Part shown: piece after piece, positions 9,489 to 19,830 of the stretch
Numbering within the stretch: the stretch's first letter is position 1
Layout: each line of letters opens with the position of its first letter
Assembly (NCBI GenBank): GCA_017451295.1
Contig: JAFSPW010000033.1
Location: forward strand, 12,990-76,989
Source: Clostridia bacterium
GTDB lineage: Bacteria; Bacillota; Clostridia; Christensenellales; CAG-138
Reading direction: 5' to 3'
Length of the DNA: 64,000 nucleotides
Program-made: the position numbers and the translations under genes
The notes under the pieces: generated by a model
Seen by the model: only the letters and a program-made list of their open reading frames with translations
The model's database searches: none
What the model was told of the DNA's origin: nothing

Positions 9489-10329
9489 GCTCTACTGTAT
9501 TGGAAAGGTCGTGTATTCATTCTTGATTAACGGAAAACGAATCGGGCTCTGTTTAGGCTCAGGCGGCGCAAGGGGCTTTGCCCACATTGGGGTAATGCAG
9601 GTACTAGAAGAAAACCATATTGTTCCCGATATGATTTGCGGCTGCAGCGTGGGCGCTGCCTTTGGGGCGGTCTATGCGGCAGGAACCAACCTATATCTAT
9701 TGGGAAAGTATTTGGGAACTCTGGATTATAGGACCACCGTGGATATGAGCATGCCCACCCACGGAGGCATTCTGAACGGGGATAAGATAGAGGAGTTAAC
9801 CAAGATTTTAACCCACAATCTGACTGCCGAGGAGACAAAGATTCCTTTTTACTGCGTGGCAACGGACTTATTGACCGGGCAGCTGCAGGTGTTTGAAAAG
9901 GGAAGCCTCCATCGTATGGTTCGGGCGAGCATCGCAGTGCCGGGGGTCTTCATCCCGGCGGAGATTGACGGCCATTATTATGTTGACGGAGGGGTCCTTT
10001 CCGAACTGCCCGTTTCCGTCCTTCGGGAAAAGGGGGCGGACATAGTCATCACTTCGGATTTAGGCATAAAGCGGAATCAATTCGACCCGCAGCACTTTTC
10101 CCCCATCGACGTACTGCGCCGCGCTTCCGACATCATGCAGGGCGCCATGACTCAGCGGCAGGCCGACAAGGGAGATGTGGTGATTCGCCCGGATGCCTCC
10201 TTTGTCAAGGGGCTGTTGAGCACCGCTTCATATGAAGAAAGCCTCGAAGCGGGGCGGCAAACGGCCACAGAGGCCCTGCCCCGCATTAAAGAGCTCCTTG
10301 GCATAGAAGATCTTACAGAGGCACTATAG
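9487..10329 (+). CDS. patatin-like phospholipase (YlbK-like)
   Basis: GSGGARG oxyanion motif, GCSVGA (GxSxG) nucleophile, and DGG catalytic Asp region. ATG 9487 touches the divergent ylbJ start, so the true start may be GTG 9511 or TTG 9523. Confidence 0.8.
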   Translation: MLYCIGKVVYSFLINGKRIGLCLGSGGARGFAHIGVMQVLEENHIVPDMICGCSVGAAFGAVYAAGTNLYLLGKYLGTLDYRTTVDMSMPTHGGILNGDKIEELTKILTHNLTAEETKIPFYCVATDLLTGQLQVFEKGSLHRMVRASIAVPGVFIPAEIDGHYYVDGGVLSELPVSVLREKGADIVITSDLGIKRNQFDPQHFSPIDVLRRASDIMQGAMTQRQADKGDVVIRPDASFVKGLLSTASYEESLEAGRQTATEALPRIKELLGIEDLTEAL

Positions 10330-11526
10330 GATAATGGCCGCTTCGCTGTCACGGTGAAGCGGTTTTTTCAGGGCATAGGAGAGCACATCCGTAGACAATG
10401 CATCCACATTTAGGGAAGCCTGGGCTGCAGGGGTGCATTTTAGCAGATCCGAATGGCGCATGATGATGGGCGTTTTGCTGATGCTCGACATGGCGGAAAG
10501 CAGGGCGCGGGCGTCTCGCCGAAGGCCAAGCACCCGAATATACAGGTTGTCATCAGAGGCATACATATCCTGAACCAGGTCGTTGCTGATGCCCAAAAGG
10601 CCGTTCATGGCGATTCGCTTCACTCGGGCCATGGTATACCGCTTGGTTTTAACCGCCTCAAAGAAGGATTCGGCATCCGGGCAGGAGGCGGCGGCTCTAA
10701 GCAGGCTGTTCTCTAAACCCTCCTTCACATCGGGGAGCTTGCGGATGGTTTCGGCGGACATGTTGCGAAAGGCGTACAGCAGCATGGGCCCGATATCGTT
10801 GGCAGTGAGGGGGAACTGAGGGTCAAACTGCATGGCTCCCGAAACAAACAGGGGCATGGCGGATAGGACCTGATGGTTGCCCTCCAGAATGGCATTGCGT
10901 ATGGCGGTAGCAGAGGAGTATTCCCCCGTTAAATAGTCGTCGTTATAGCCGCCGCCAACCCGTTCCACCGGCACGGGCTGGATATGGGGTGCCAGCTTCT
11001 TTAAGGAACGAAGGTACTCCACCGCTAAAATGTTGTTGGGTTTTACCAAATCCGAAAGCACATCCCCGTCTGCTCCCATATCCCGCAGGGCTTCAAATCG
11101 GGCCTTGGGGTAGCTGTCTCCCTCCCTTAGGTGGTATTGAAGATAGCGCTTGAATTCCGGCGGCTCCTCAGCCAAAAACTCTGCCAGCTGACTGAGCTTT
11201 CCAATATCCCCCTGCTCGGCTCCAAAGGCTAAGTCCGTGATAAGCCCCATATTCTTGAGCAGTCGCACGCCCCCCTCGGCAAACCGTTCGGCGGGGGAGA
11301 GGGCAAAGACTGTTGGCAGCTCCACCACCAAATCTGCCCCCGCTTCCAGCGCCCATTGGGCACGGGTAAACTTGTCCGTACAGGCAGGTTCCCCCCGCTG
11401 TACAAAGTTCCCGGACATGACCACCACACAGTAGGCGGCGCCGGTTTTGCGCTTGGCTTGTTCCAGATGGTAGATGTGCCCATTGTGCAGGGGATTATAT
11501 TCAGCAATGACGCCAACGATACGCAT
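10324..11526 (-). CDS. tmcAL: tRNA(Met) cytidine acetate ligase (YlbM/TmcAL family nucleotidyltransferase)
   Basis: MRIVGVIAEYNPLHNGHIYHL (HxGH motif). 400 aa with YlbM-like architecture. Confidence 0.8.
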   Translation of the reverse strand: MRIVGVIAEYNPLHNGHIYHLEQAKRKTGAAYCVVVMSGNFVQRGEPACTDKFTRAQWALEAGADLVVELPTVFALSPAERFAEGGVRLLKNMGLITDLAFGAEQGDIGKLSQLAEFLAEEPPEFKRYLQYHLREGDSYPKARFEALRDMGADGDVLSDLVKPNNILAVEYLRSLKKLAPHIQPVPVERVGGGYNDDYLTGEYSSATAIRNAILEGNHQVLSAMPLFVSGAMQFDPQFPLTANDIGPMLLYAFRNMSAETIRKLPDVKEGLENSLLRAAASCPDAESFFEAVKTKRYTMARVKRIAMNGLLGISNDLVQDMYASDDNLYIRVLGLRRDARALLSAMSSISKTPIIMRHSDLLKCTPAAQASLNVDALSTDVLSYALKKPLHRDSEAAIIL

Positions 11527-11646
11527 GTTGAGGCTCCTTTTTTCGACACAGAAAGGAAGGTCGTTTTTCTTTTGAAAATAAGTATACCATTATTCTTCCG
11601 TTTATGGTAGAATCAATTTATAAATTTGTTAGGAGGGTTCCATTGC

Positions 11647-12660
11647 ATGTCATCATTGATTGAAAGCATCAAAGCAAAGGCAAAGGCAAATAAACAGTAC
11701 ATTCTGCTTCCCGAGGGCACGGAGGAACGGACGGTTCAGGCCGCCGCCATCATTCGCGACCAGGGTATCGCTGATGTGACTCTGTTTGGCAAGGAAGAAG
11801 AGATTCGTGCCGTTGCGGATAAATATAATGTGGATTTAACCGGCATCGGCTTAATCGATCCTGAAACTCATCCGCTGTATGAAGAGTATGTGAACCGATT
11901 CTATGAGATGCGTAAGGCCAAGGGCGTTACCCCCGAAAAGGCTGCCGCCACCATGAAGGATCCTCTGTTCTTTGCCGCCATGATGGTGAAGGACAAGAAG
12001 GGAGACGGCTTCGTCTCCGGCGCCATCAACACCACCGGCAACACCCTGCGGCCGGGTCTGCAAATCGTCAAGATGCGCCCGGGCATCAAGACCGTTTCCA
12101 GCTTTTTCATCATGTCCGTTCAGGACAAGTCATATGGGGAGGACGGCACCCTGCTCTTTGGGGATTGTGCCGTGAACATCAATCCCGATGCGGACCAGCT
12201 TGCCGAAATCGCCCTTTGCACCGCCGATTCCGCCAAGGTCCTTTGCGACTTCAAGGAGCCACGGGTGGCCATGCTCAGTTTCTCCACCAAAGGTTCTGCC
12301 AAGCATGAGAATGTAGATAAAGTCGCCGCCGCCACCGCCAAGGTGAAGGAGCTCAATCCCGAGCTCATGGTGGATGGGGAGCTTCAGGCGGATGCCGCCC
12401 TGGTGGAAAAGGTTGGGCAGCTAAAGTCCCCCGGCAGCCCCGTTGCCGGCAAGGCCAACATTCTTATCTTCCCCGACTTGCAGGCAGGCAACATCGGCTA
12501 TAAGCTGGTCCAGCGCCTGGGGAATGCGGAGGCTATCGGCCCCGTGTGCCAGGGCTTTGCCGCCCCCATCAACGACCTGTCCCGGGGCTGCTCCGTGGAG
12601 GACATCGTCTCTCTGGTAGCCATCACAGCCGTTCAGGCCCAGGGTATGAAGCAGGCATAA
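11647..12660 (+). CDS. pta: phosphate acetyltransferase
   Basis: Start re-set to ATG 11647 (SD ggaggg). 337 aa, Pta-like throughout, and immediately upstream of ackA. Confidence 0.9.
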   Translation: MSSLIESIKAKAKANKQYILLPEGTEERTVQAAAIIRDQGIADVTLFGKEEEIRAVADKYNVDLTGIGLIDPETHPLYEEYVNRFYEMRKAKGVTPEKAAATMKDPLFFAAMMVKDKKGDGFVSGAINTTGNTLRPGLQIVKMRPGIKTVSSFFIMSVQDKSYGEDGTLLFGDCAVNINPDADQLAEIALCTADSAKVLCDFKEPRVAMLSFSTKGSAKHENVDKVAAATAKVKELNPELMVDGELQADAALVEKVGQLKSPGSPVAGKANILIFPDLQAGNIGYKLVQRLGNAEAIGPVCQGFAAPINDLSRGCSVEDIVSLVAITAVQAQGMKQA

Positions 12661-12676
12661 GCGAAAGGAGTCAAGC

Positions 12677-13873
12677 ATGAAAAACATTCTGGTTATCAAT
12701 GCCGGCAGTTCCTCCCTCAAGTATCAGCTCATTGATATCGACAGCCGCAAGGTCATCGCCAAGGGCCTCTGCGAGCGCATCGGCATCGCCGGCAGCATGT
12801 TGACCTATTCTCCCACGGACGGGGAAAAGGTCCAGATTCAGCGGGATATGCCTACACATGAGGTGGCCATTAAGATGGTGCTGGAGATTCTCACCGACAG
12901 TAAGGTGGGTGTTATTCACGACATGGCCGAGATTGCGGCTGTGGGCCATCGGGTGCTACATGGCGGCAGCAAGTTCTCCGATTCCATCGTCATCAACGAT
13001 GTGGTCCTGCAGGCCATTGAAGACTGCATCCCTCTGGGCCCTCTGCACAACACTGCTAACTTGATGGGCATTCGGGGCTGTCAGGCCGCTATGCCCGGTG
13101 TGCCCATGGTGGCTGTGTTCGACACCGCCTGGGGCCAGGGCATGGAACCCTCCCACTTTATGTATGCGCTGCCCTATGATGCCTACGAAACCTATGAGGT
13201 CCGGCGCTATGGCTTCCATGGTACCTCCCATAAGTATGTGACTGGCCGTGCTCTGAAACTCTTAGATAATCCCAAGGCCCGAGTCATCACCTGCCATTTG
13301 GGCAACGGTTCCTCCGTGTCTTGCTCCGTAGCCGGCCGCTGCGTGGATACCTCCATGGGCCTTACCCCTTTGGAAGGTTTGCCCATGGGTACTCGTTGCG
13401 GCAGTATTGATCCGGCTATCATCCCCTTCCTTATGAAGCGTATGAATCTGACCGCCCAGGAGATGGATACCCTGATGAACAAGAAGAGCGGTATGCTGGG
13501 CATCTCCGGCGTGTCCTCCGACTTTAGGGACCTGACCGCCGCTTCCGAAGCCGGGAACGAAAGAGCCAAGCTGGCGCTGGATATGTTCTGCTACGGCGTA
13601 AAGAAGTACATCGGTGCCTATGCTGCCGCCATGGGCGGTGTTGACTGCATCGTGTTTACCGCCGGCGTGGGCGAAAACGACCGGAATGTTCGTGAGTCCG
13701 TGCTCAAGAACATGGAGTATCTGGGACTGGATGTGGACTTTGACTACAACATGACCTGCCCCCGTGGCCAGGAAGTCTGCCTCAGCAAGCCTGACAGCAA
13801 GGTGAAGGTATTCGTCATTCCCACGGACGAGGAAATGGCCATTGCCTTGGATACCGATGAGTTGACTCGCTAA
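12677..13873 (+). CDS. ackA: acetate kinase
   Basis: MKNILVINAGSSSLKYQL..., HRVLHGG, RRYGFHGTSH, VFTAGVGEN. Confidence 0.95.
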   Translation: MKNILVINAGSSSLKYQLIDIDSRKVIAKGLCERIGIAGSMLTYSPTDGEKVQIQRDMPTHEVAIKMVLEILTDSKVGVIHDMAEIAAVGHRVLHGGSKFSDSIVINDVVLQAIEDCIPLGPLHNTANLMGIRGCQAAMPGVPMVAVFDTAWGQGMEPSHFMYALPYDAYETYEVRRYGFHGTSHKYVTGRALKLLDNPKARVITCHLGNGSSVSCSVAGRCVDTSMGLTPLEGLPMGTRCGSIDPAIIPFLMKRMNLTAQEMDTLMNKKSGMLGISGVSSDFRDLTAASEAGNERAKLALDMFCYGVKKYIGAYAAAMGGVDCIVFTAGVGENDRNVRESVLKNMEYLGLDVDFDYNMTCPRGQEVCLSKPDSKVKVFVIPTDEEMAIALDTDELTR

Positions 13874-13896
13874 CTTTAGAATACCGACTTTCCTTT

Positions 13897-13928
13897 GGGC
13901 TTTCTCTCTTGCAGGGAAAGCCCTTTTC
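13897..13928 (+). terminator. rho-independent terminator after ackA
   Basis: gggctttc...ggaaagccc followed by TTTT. It overlaps the ORF-track start of recJ, which argues for the later ATG. Confidence 0.7.
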
Positions 13929-13935
13929 GTTTACA

Positions 13936-15939
13936 ATGGAACCCATGGAAATACTGCGAAGCAACGATTTTATATACGACCCTTCTCGGGTGAATGCGAT
14001 TTGTGATAGGTTCAACGTTCACCCCTTGGCGGCCCGCACCCTTCTGCGCCGCGGCTATGAAACAGATAAACAGATAAACCAATTTCTTCACCCTGAGGAC
14101 TGCCCGCTGCCCACTTGGATGGATATGCCCGGGACCCAGGAAGCGGCTGCCATTATAAAAAAAGCCATTGCTGAGGATAAATCCATCTGCATCTATGGTG
14201 ACTATGATGCGGATGGTGTCTGTGCTTCCGCTATCCTGTATCGCTGCCTGCAAAAGCTGGGCGCAAGGGTAGGCTGCTACATTCCCTCTCGTCATGGGGA
14301 AGGCTACGGCATGAATGAAGCTGCCATTCACACCCTCCATGAAAGAGCTGTGGATTTGATTGTCACCGTGGATAACGGCATATCTGCCGTGTCGGAAGCA
14401 GCTTTGATTAAAAGCCTTGGAATGGGGCTAATTATCACCGATCACCATCGACACGGTTCAGAGCTGCCCCATGCCGATGCCATACTATCCGTCTCTGCGG
14501 GTGACTTTCGGGAGCGGGTGGGGGATATGTGCGGCGCAGGCGTGGCCTGGCTGCTGGCCAGCACATTGGAGAATAGCGACGGCAAAGAGTATCTCTCCTT
14601 AGCAGCCGCTGCTACGGTAGCTGATGTTGTATCACTGACCAAATGCAACCGGGCCATTGTGGCGCAAGGCTTATTGACCGTTAAAGAGCAGACCGGGTTA
14701 CAGGCGCTTTTATCCATAGCAGGGGCAGGAGATATTGATGAAACCGCCCTTGGCTTCATAATTGCACCCCGGTTGAATGCAGCCGGTCGCATGGCGGAGG
14801 CAACCGATGCCTTCGAGCTGCTGATAACTGACGATAAGGATAGAGCGGAAATACTTGCTCAAAAACTATGCCAGCACAACGATGCGCGCCGGAATGAGGA
14901 GAATCGCATTCTGAGCGAGTGCCTGGCTATGGCGCCCGATGGGGGAGAGAATCCCGTTTTGATTCTGCAGGGAGAGGATTGGAATGTGGGCGTGGTAGGC
15001 ATCGTCGCCGCGAGGCTGACGGAGCTGTTCTATAAGCCTGCCATTCTGCTGACACAAGTTCATTCGGGTGTCTATTCCGGTTCAGCACGAAGCATCCCGG
15101 AGGTGGACTTGTTTGCGCTGCTCCTGGAGGCAAAGGATACCATGGTTCGCTTCGGCGGCCATGCAGGGGCGGCGGGGATGACAGTGCTGTCGGACAGAAT
15201 GGATGCCTTTGTGCTCTGTGTGCAGCAAGCCTTTCTTCAGCTGCATCCCCAGGGACTGCCCCATAAACGCATTATGTATGAGGATACTGCCAGCGTGGAG
15301 GAGTGTTCAGCGGAAGCCTGCCAATCCTTGCGGCTGCTGGCGCCCTTTGGGCAGGGGAACCCGGAGCCGGTCTTTCGCATCATGGGACATCTTAGCCAGG
15401 TGTATTACCTCGGACAGGGACAACGGCACCTTTGTGCATACCTATCCATGAACGGCACTCGTCGCCGCCTCGTCGCTTTTGGGCAGGGACGGGAGTATAC
15501 CCGATGGCTGCACACGGATTTATCCCAGGCAGTATGCACCCTAAAGATGGATTTATTCCGTAATTTGGCCTCTTGCGAGCTGATTTGTCAGCATCTTTCT
15601 TCCGTAAAGGACTTGAAATACCAGCCGGAATATTCTATAATAAGAAGTAATTTTTTGCATGCAGTGCAGGATGGCGACGGGGTCGCACTGCGGCAAGCCG
15701 TGAATGACCTGCTGCCATACTTTCCCGTCCGTCTTTCAGAGGATGGGCTGCGGCCTGTGTACGTTCGATTTCTTCGCTGGGCGAAGGAGGGCAAGCTGCC
15801 TGAATCGGTGGAGGATGCAGCGGCGGCGCTGGTGTTTCAGGAACTTGGGTTCTTTGAACCGGCGCCGGAGCTCAAGCCCGTCATTGGCTGCCAGAAGAAA
15901 AGCTGCGCTCAGAGCATACTATATTTGGCCTTAAGCTAA
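13936..15939 (+). CDS. recJ: single-stranded-DNA-specific exonuclease RecJ
   Basis: DHH-family motifs (GDYDADG, TVDNG, ITDHH) and the DHHA1 region GGHAGAAG. Start set to the ATG after the ackA terminator; ATG 13945 is also possible. Confidence 0.85.
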   Translation: MEPMEILRSNDFIYDPSRVNAICDRFNVHPLAARTLLRRGYETDKQINQFLHPEDCPLPTWMDMPGTQEAAAIIKKAIAEDKSICIYGDYDADGVCASAILYRCLQKLGARVGCYIPSRHGEGYGMNEAAIHTLHERAVDLIVTVDNGISAVSEAALIKSLGMGLIITDHHRHGSELPHADAILSVSAGDFRERVGDMCGAGVAWLLASTLENSDGKEYLSLAAAATVADVVSLTKCNRAIVAQGLLTVKEQTGLQALLSIAGAGDIDETALGFIIAPRLNAAGRMAEATDAFELLITDDKDRAEILAQKLCQHNDARRNEENRILSECLAMAPDGGENPVLILQGEDWNVGVVGIVAARLTELFYKPAILLTQVHSGVYSGSARSIPEVDLFALLLEAKDTMVRFGGHAGAAGMTVLSDRMDAFVLCVQQAFLQLHPQGLPHKRIMYEDTASVEECSAEACQSLRLLAPFGQGNPEPVFRIMGHLSQVYYLGQGQRHLCAYLSMNGTRRRLVAFGQGREYTRWLHTDLSQAVCTLKMDLFRNLASCELICQHLSSVKDLKYQPEYSIIRSNFLHAVQDGDGVALRQAVNDLLPYFPVRLSEDGLRPVYVRFLRWAKEGKLPESVEDAAAALVFQELGFFEPAPELKPVIGCQKKSCAQSILYLALS

Positions 15940-15960
15940 GGGCCGTTTAGGAGGATAGCA

Positions 15961-16473
15961 ATGGATCTAAAGGAGTATGTGCGTTCGATACCGGATTTTC
16001 CCAAGCCCGGCATTTTGTTCAGAGACATTACCCCGCTGCTCGGGGATAAGGATGCTTTTCGGGAGATGGTAAACAAGATGGCTGACTATCTGCAAGATAA
16101 GCAGATTGATTTGATTATCGCCCCGGAAGCAAGAGGCTTTATTTTCAGCGCTTCCGTGGCCTATGCCCTGAATGTTGGGATGATTCTTGCCCGCAAGCCC
16201 GGCAAGCTCCCCTATACCACCGTTAGCTATGAGTATGACCTCGAATACGGCACGGATGAACTGCAGATGCATATCGACGCCGTGAAGCCCGGTCAGCGAG
16301 TGGCGGTAGTGGACGATTTGCTGGCAACCGGCGGAACGGCTCTTGCCTGCGCTAAGCTGTGCGAAAAAGCCGGAGCCAAGGTTGCGGCCTGCTGCTTTGC
16401 AATCGAACTTTCTGACCTTCCCGGCCGGGAGACTCTGAAGGACTACGAAGTAGGTACCATCCTGCAATACTAA
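15961..16473 (+). CDS. apt: adenine phosphoribosyltransferase
   Basis: 170 aa. FPKPGILFRDITPLL and the PRPP motif VAVVDDLLATGGT. Confidence 0.95.
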   Translation: MDLKEYVRSIPDFPKPGILFRDITPLLGDKDAFREMVNKMADYLQDKQIDLIIAPEARGFIFSASVAYALNVGMILARKPGKLPYTTVSYEYDLEYGTDELQMHIDAVKPGQRVAVVDDLLATGGTALACAKLCEKAGAKVAACCFAIELSDLPGRETLKDYEVGTILQY

Positions 16474-16536
16474 TTCAAATCAAACATAAGGCATAAGGGA
16501 TCAGCGATTTCGTTGGTCCCCTTTTATACAAACGCA

Positions 16537-18735
16537 ATGGCAAAGGAAGAACTGCTGCAAAAATTCAAGGCCAAGTTTGGCCCCGAAACCGGAAAGGTCA
16601 TGGAGGATGCCGTGGCCTTTGCTACCGCTGCCCATGCGGGACAAAAGCGGGAATCTGGAGAACCCTATATCATCCACCCCATTGCCGTGGCGGAGTATCT
16701 TTTGGACATGGGCATGGATTCTGCAACCGTCATCGCCGGCGTGCTCCACGATACTGTGGAAGATGTGGAAGGGGTTACGGTGGAGGTAATCAGCAAGCGG
16801 TTCTCCCCGGAAGTTGCCCACTTAGTGGACGGAGTATCCAAGCTCACCCGTTCCGGGGAAAAGGAATACGTTACCAAAAAGCAAGCCCATAATGAGAACC
16901 TTGCTAAGCTGTTTCTGGCTATTGCAGACGATGTGCGGGTCGTGATTATTAAGCTCGCTGACCGGCTGCACAACATGCACACCCTGGAATACTGCACCCG
17001 GGAAAAGCAGATTCGCAAAGCCAAGGAAACCTTGGAAGTCTATACGCCCTTAGCTCATCGGTTCGGCATCGGCATTCTACGCAGCGAGCTAGAGGACTTG
17101 TCCTTCAAATACCTGTTACCTGAGGAGTACGAGCGCATTCGCAGCCTCGTCTCACGGCAGCAGGAGGAGCGACTCAAACTCCTGGGCACCGCTATGGAGC
17201 GGATGCGGGAGCTGATGAAAATTAACGGCATCGAAGCGGAGCTTTCCGGCCGTCCCAAGCATCTGTATTCCACCTATCGCAAGATGCAGCGCAACAATGT
17301 GTCCATCGGTGAAATCTACGACCTTATTGCCATTCGGGTCATTGTGAACACGGTGAACGACTGCTATGCGGCTCTGGGCATCATCCATGCGGAGTGGAAG
17401 CCTTTGCCCGGCAGGTTCAAGGACTATGTGGCTATGCCCAAGCCCAACCTGTACCGTTCGCTGCACACCACCCTGATGAATAAGAACGGCATCCCCTTTG
17501 AGGTGCAGATTCGCACCCACGAGATGCATGAGACAGCGGAATACGGCGTGGCTGCCCACTGGATGTATAAGGAAGGCCGCACCGTCCAAACGGAGATGGA
17601 TAAGCGCACCGCCTGGCTCAGGCAGGTGGTGGAAGCCAAGGAATCCTCCGAAAACAATTCCGAATTTGCGGAAAATGTGGTGAAGGATTACCTGGGCGAA
17701 TATGTATATGTGCTTACCCCCAAGGGTGAGATTATTGACTTGCCCATCGGCAGTACGCCGCTGGATTTTGCTTATCGCATCCACACGAATGTGGGGCATC
17801 ACACCCAGCACGCACGGGTCAACGGGAATATGGTCCGCTTGGACTATAAGCTAAAAACCAACGATGTGGTGGAGATTATCACCTCCAACTCCCAGCCGGG
17901 ACCCAGTCGTGACTGGCTGAACATCGTCAAAACCCAATCCGCCAAGAACCGCATCAAGCAATGGTTCAAAAAGGAAAACCGGGAGGAGAATATCCAAAAA
18001 GGCCGGGAGATGCTGGAGGATTCCGCCAAGCGCCAGGCGCTGGATTTAGCCACACTCCTAAAGCCCGAATTCTATAACGACATACTCAAGCGTTTGACTC
18101 TTCCCTCTTTGGAGGAGCTGTATTCCGCCATCGGCTATGGCGGCGTTTCCTCCGGGCAGGTTCTTCATAAATTGGTTGAGGCCAAGCGAAAAGCGGACAA
18201 GCTGGAACAGATGCAGGAACGCCTGCAAACCGCTGCCGCAGCGCCTGCGGAACCGACCCGTCCCGCCCATAAGCCCATCCATAGCACCAGCGGTGTTATT
18301 GTGGCCGGGGATCCGGGCATGGCTGTACACTTTAGCAGCTGCTGCAACCCCTTGCCCGGAGACAAGATTGTGGGCTATGTGACCCGGGGCAGAGGCGTTT
18401 CCATCCATCGTGCGGATTGCCGAAATGTTGGCAGACTGTCTCAGGAACCGGACCGGCTCCTGCCGGTGGAATGGGCCATGAGCGCCAAGGAGGAGTTTTC
18501 GGCCACGGTCTTTATCCATGTGGTGGACAGAACCGGCTCCTTGCTGGAAATCAGCCGCTTGCTGACGACGATGAACATATACATCTCCGACATGAAGGCC
18601 CAGACCAGTTCCGACGGTATGGCTACCATGCTCATCACCTTCGTTGTTTCCGATGCGGAGCAGCTGGACCACATCATGGCTAACCTGCGAAAGCTAAAGT
18701 CCGTCATCGAAGTTCGTCGGGTTACGGGGAGGTAG
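16537..18735 (+). CDS. relA: bifunctional (p)ppGpp synthetase/hydrolase (Rel/SpoT homologue)
   Basis: HD domain (HPIAVA...LHDTVED), synthetase domain (YRSLHT, FEVQIRT), and TGS and ACT regions. ATG 16537 chosen over the TTG at 16513; the SD is weak. Confidence 0.95.
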   Translation: MAKEELLQKFKAKFGPETGKVMEDAVAFATAAHAGQKRESGEPYIIHPIAVAEYLLDMGMDSATVIAGVLHDTVEDVEGVTVEVISKRFSPEVAHLVDGVSKLTRSGEKEYVTKKQAHNENLAKLFLAIADDVRVVIIKLADRLHNMHTLEYCTREKQIRKAKETLEVYTPLAHRFGIGILRSELEDLSFKYLLPEEYERIRSLVSRQQEERLKLLGTAMERMRELMKINGIEAELSGRPKHLYSTYRKMQRNNVSIGEIYDLIAIRVIVNTVNDCYAALGIIHAEWKPLPGRFKDYVAMPKPNLYRSLHTTLMNKNGIPFEVQIRTHEMHETAEYGVAAHWMYKEGRTVQTEMDKRTAWLRQVVEAKESSENNSEFAENVVKDYLGEYVYVLTPKGEIIDLPIGSTPLDFAYRIHTNVGHHTQHARVNGNMVRLDYKLKTNDVVEIITSNSQPGPSRDWLNIVKTQSAKNRIKQWFKKENREENIQKGREMLEDSAKRQALDLATLLKPEFYNDILKRLTLPSLEELYSAIGYGGVSSGQVLHKLVEAKRKADKLEQMQERLQTAAAAPAEPTRPAHKPIHSTSGVIVAGDPGMAVHFSSCCNPLPGDKIVGYVTRGRGVSIHRADCRNVGRLSQEPDRLLPVEWAMSAKEEFSATVFIHVVDRTGSLLEISRLLTTMNIYISDMKAQTSSDGMATMLITFVVSDAEQLDHIMANLRKLKSVIEVRRVTGR

Positions 18736-18738
18736 GGT

Positions 18739-19188
18739 ATGCGTGCTGTTGTACAACGGGTACTTAGCGCCTCCGTTACCATTGATGGGGAACTGACAGC
18801 GGCCATCGAAAAGGGTATGCTGGTCCTTATCAGTGTAGAGGTGGGCGACACAGAGAAGGACGCCAAGTATATTGCCGATAAATGCCTTGGCCTTCGCATC
18901 TTCGACGATGAAAACGCCGTGCCCAACAGAAGCGTTGGCGAGACGGGCGGCAGCATACTGGCTGTCAGTCAGTTCACCCTTGCCGGCGATGCTCGCCACG
19001 GCCGCCGCCCCAGCTATATAGAAGCCGAGCGGCCGGAAAAAGCAAAGCCCTTGTTTGAGCTGACAAAGGCCTATATGGCCTCGGCCGGGGTGCCGGTTCA
19101 AAGCGGCACTTTCATGGCAGATATGAAGGTGACGCTCATCAATGACGGTCCCTTTACCATTCTGCTCAGCAGCCGAAAGGAATTCTGA
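18739..19188 (+). CDS. dtd: D-aminoacyl-tRNA deacylase
   Basis: MRAVVQRV...SQFTL.GD...G.RPS...NDGPFT pattern. 149 aa. Confidence 0.95.
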   Translation: MRAVVQRVLSASVTIDGELTAAIEKGMLVLISVEVGDTEKDAKYIADKCLGLRIFDDENAVPNRSVGETGGSILAVSQFTLAGDARHGRRPSYIEAERPEKAKPLFELTKAYMASAGVPVQSGTFMADMKVTLINDGPFTILLSSRKEF

Positions 19189-19191
19189 TTC

Positions 19192-19830
19192 ATGGAAATC
19201 GTAACCCTTCCCTGCGGCCCGATTCAAGCAAACGCCTATATCGTCTGGGCAAAGGGCAGTTCCGCCTGCGCTGTCATTGACCCGGGAGAGGCCGGGTTGA
19301 TTCTGGATGAACTCTCCCGGCGGCAGCTTACCTGCACCCATATCCTACTGACCCACGGTCATTTTGACCACATGTGGGGAGCGGCGGATTTGCGGCAAGC
19401 TACGGGTGCAAAAATCTATGTTCATCCAAAAGATGCTCCCATGCTGGAGGGCAGGGGACAGGTGATGAATGCCATGAGCCTGGGCATGAAGCCCTGCAAG
19501 GCGGATGTGCTGGTGGCGGATGGAGACATCATCGAAGCCGGCGGCGTTCGTTTCGCTGTTCTGGAGACTCCCGGCCATACTCCCGGCGGCGTATCCTATG
19601 CCGTGCATGAGGAGAAGACCGTTTTTACCGGGGACACCCTGTTCTTTGAGAGCGTTGGGCGAACGGATTTGGGCGGCGATTTACAAACGCTCCTCCATTC
19701 TCTTTTTGATAAACTGTATGCTTTGGATGGATACGCCGTGTATCCCGGCCACGAGGAACCCACCACCATCCATCACGAGCAAGAGTTTAATCCAATGAAC
19801 ATATATAGGAAGCATCCATGGTTCAACTAA
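19192..19830 (+). CDS. MBL-fold metallo-hydrolase
   Basis: HGHFDH motif and TPGHTPG. 212 aa. Confidence 0.8.
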   Translation: MEIVTLPCGPIQANAYIVWAKGSSACAVIDPGEAGLILDELSRRQLTCTHILLTHGHFDHMWGAADLRQATGAKIYVHPKDAPMLEGRGQVMNAMSLGMKPCKADVLVADGDIIEAGGVRFAVLETPGHTPGGVSYAVHEEKTVFTGDTLFFESVGRTDLGGDLQTLLHSLFDKLYALDGYAVYPGHEEPTTIHHEQEFNPMNIYRKHPWFN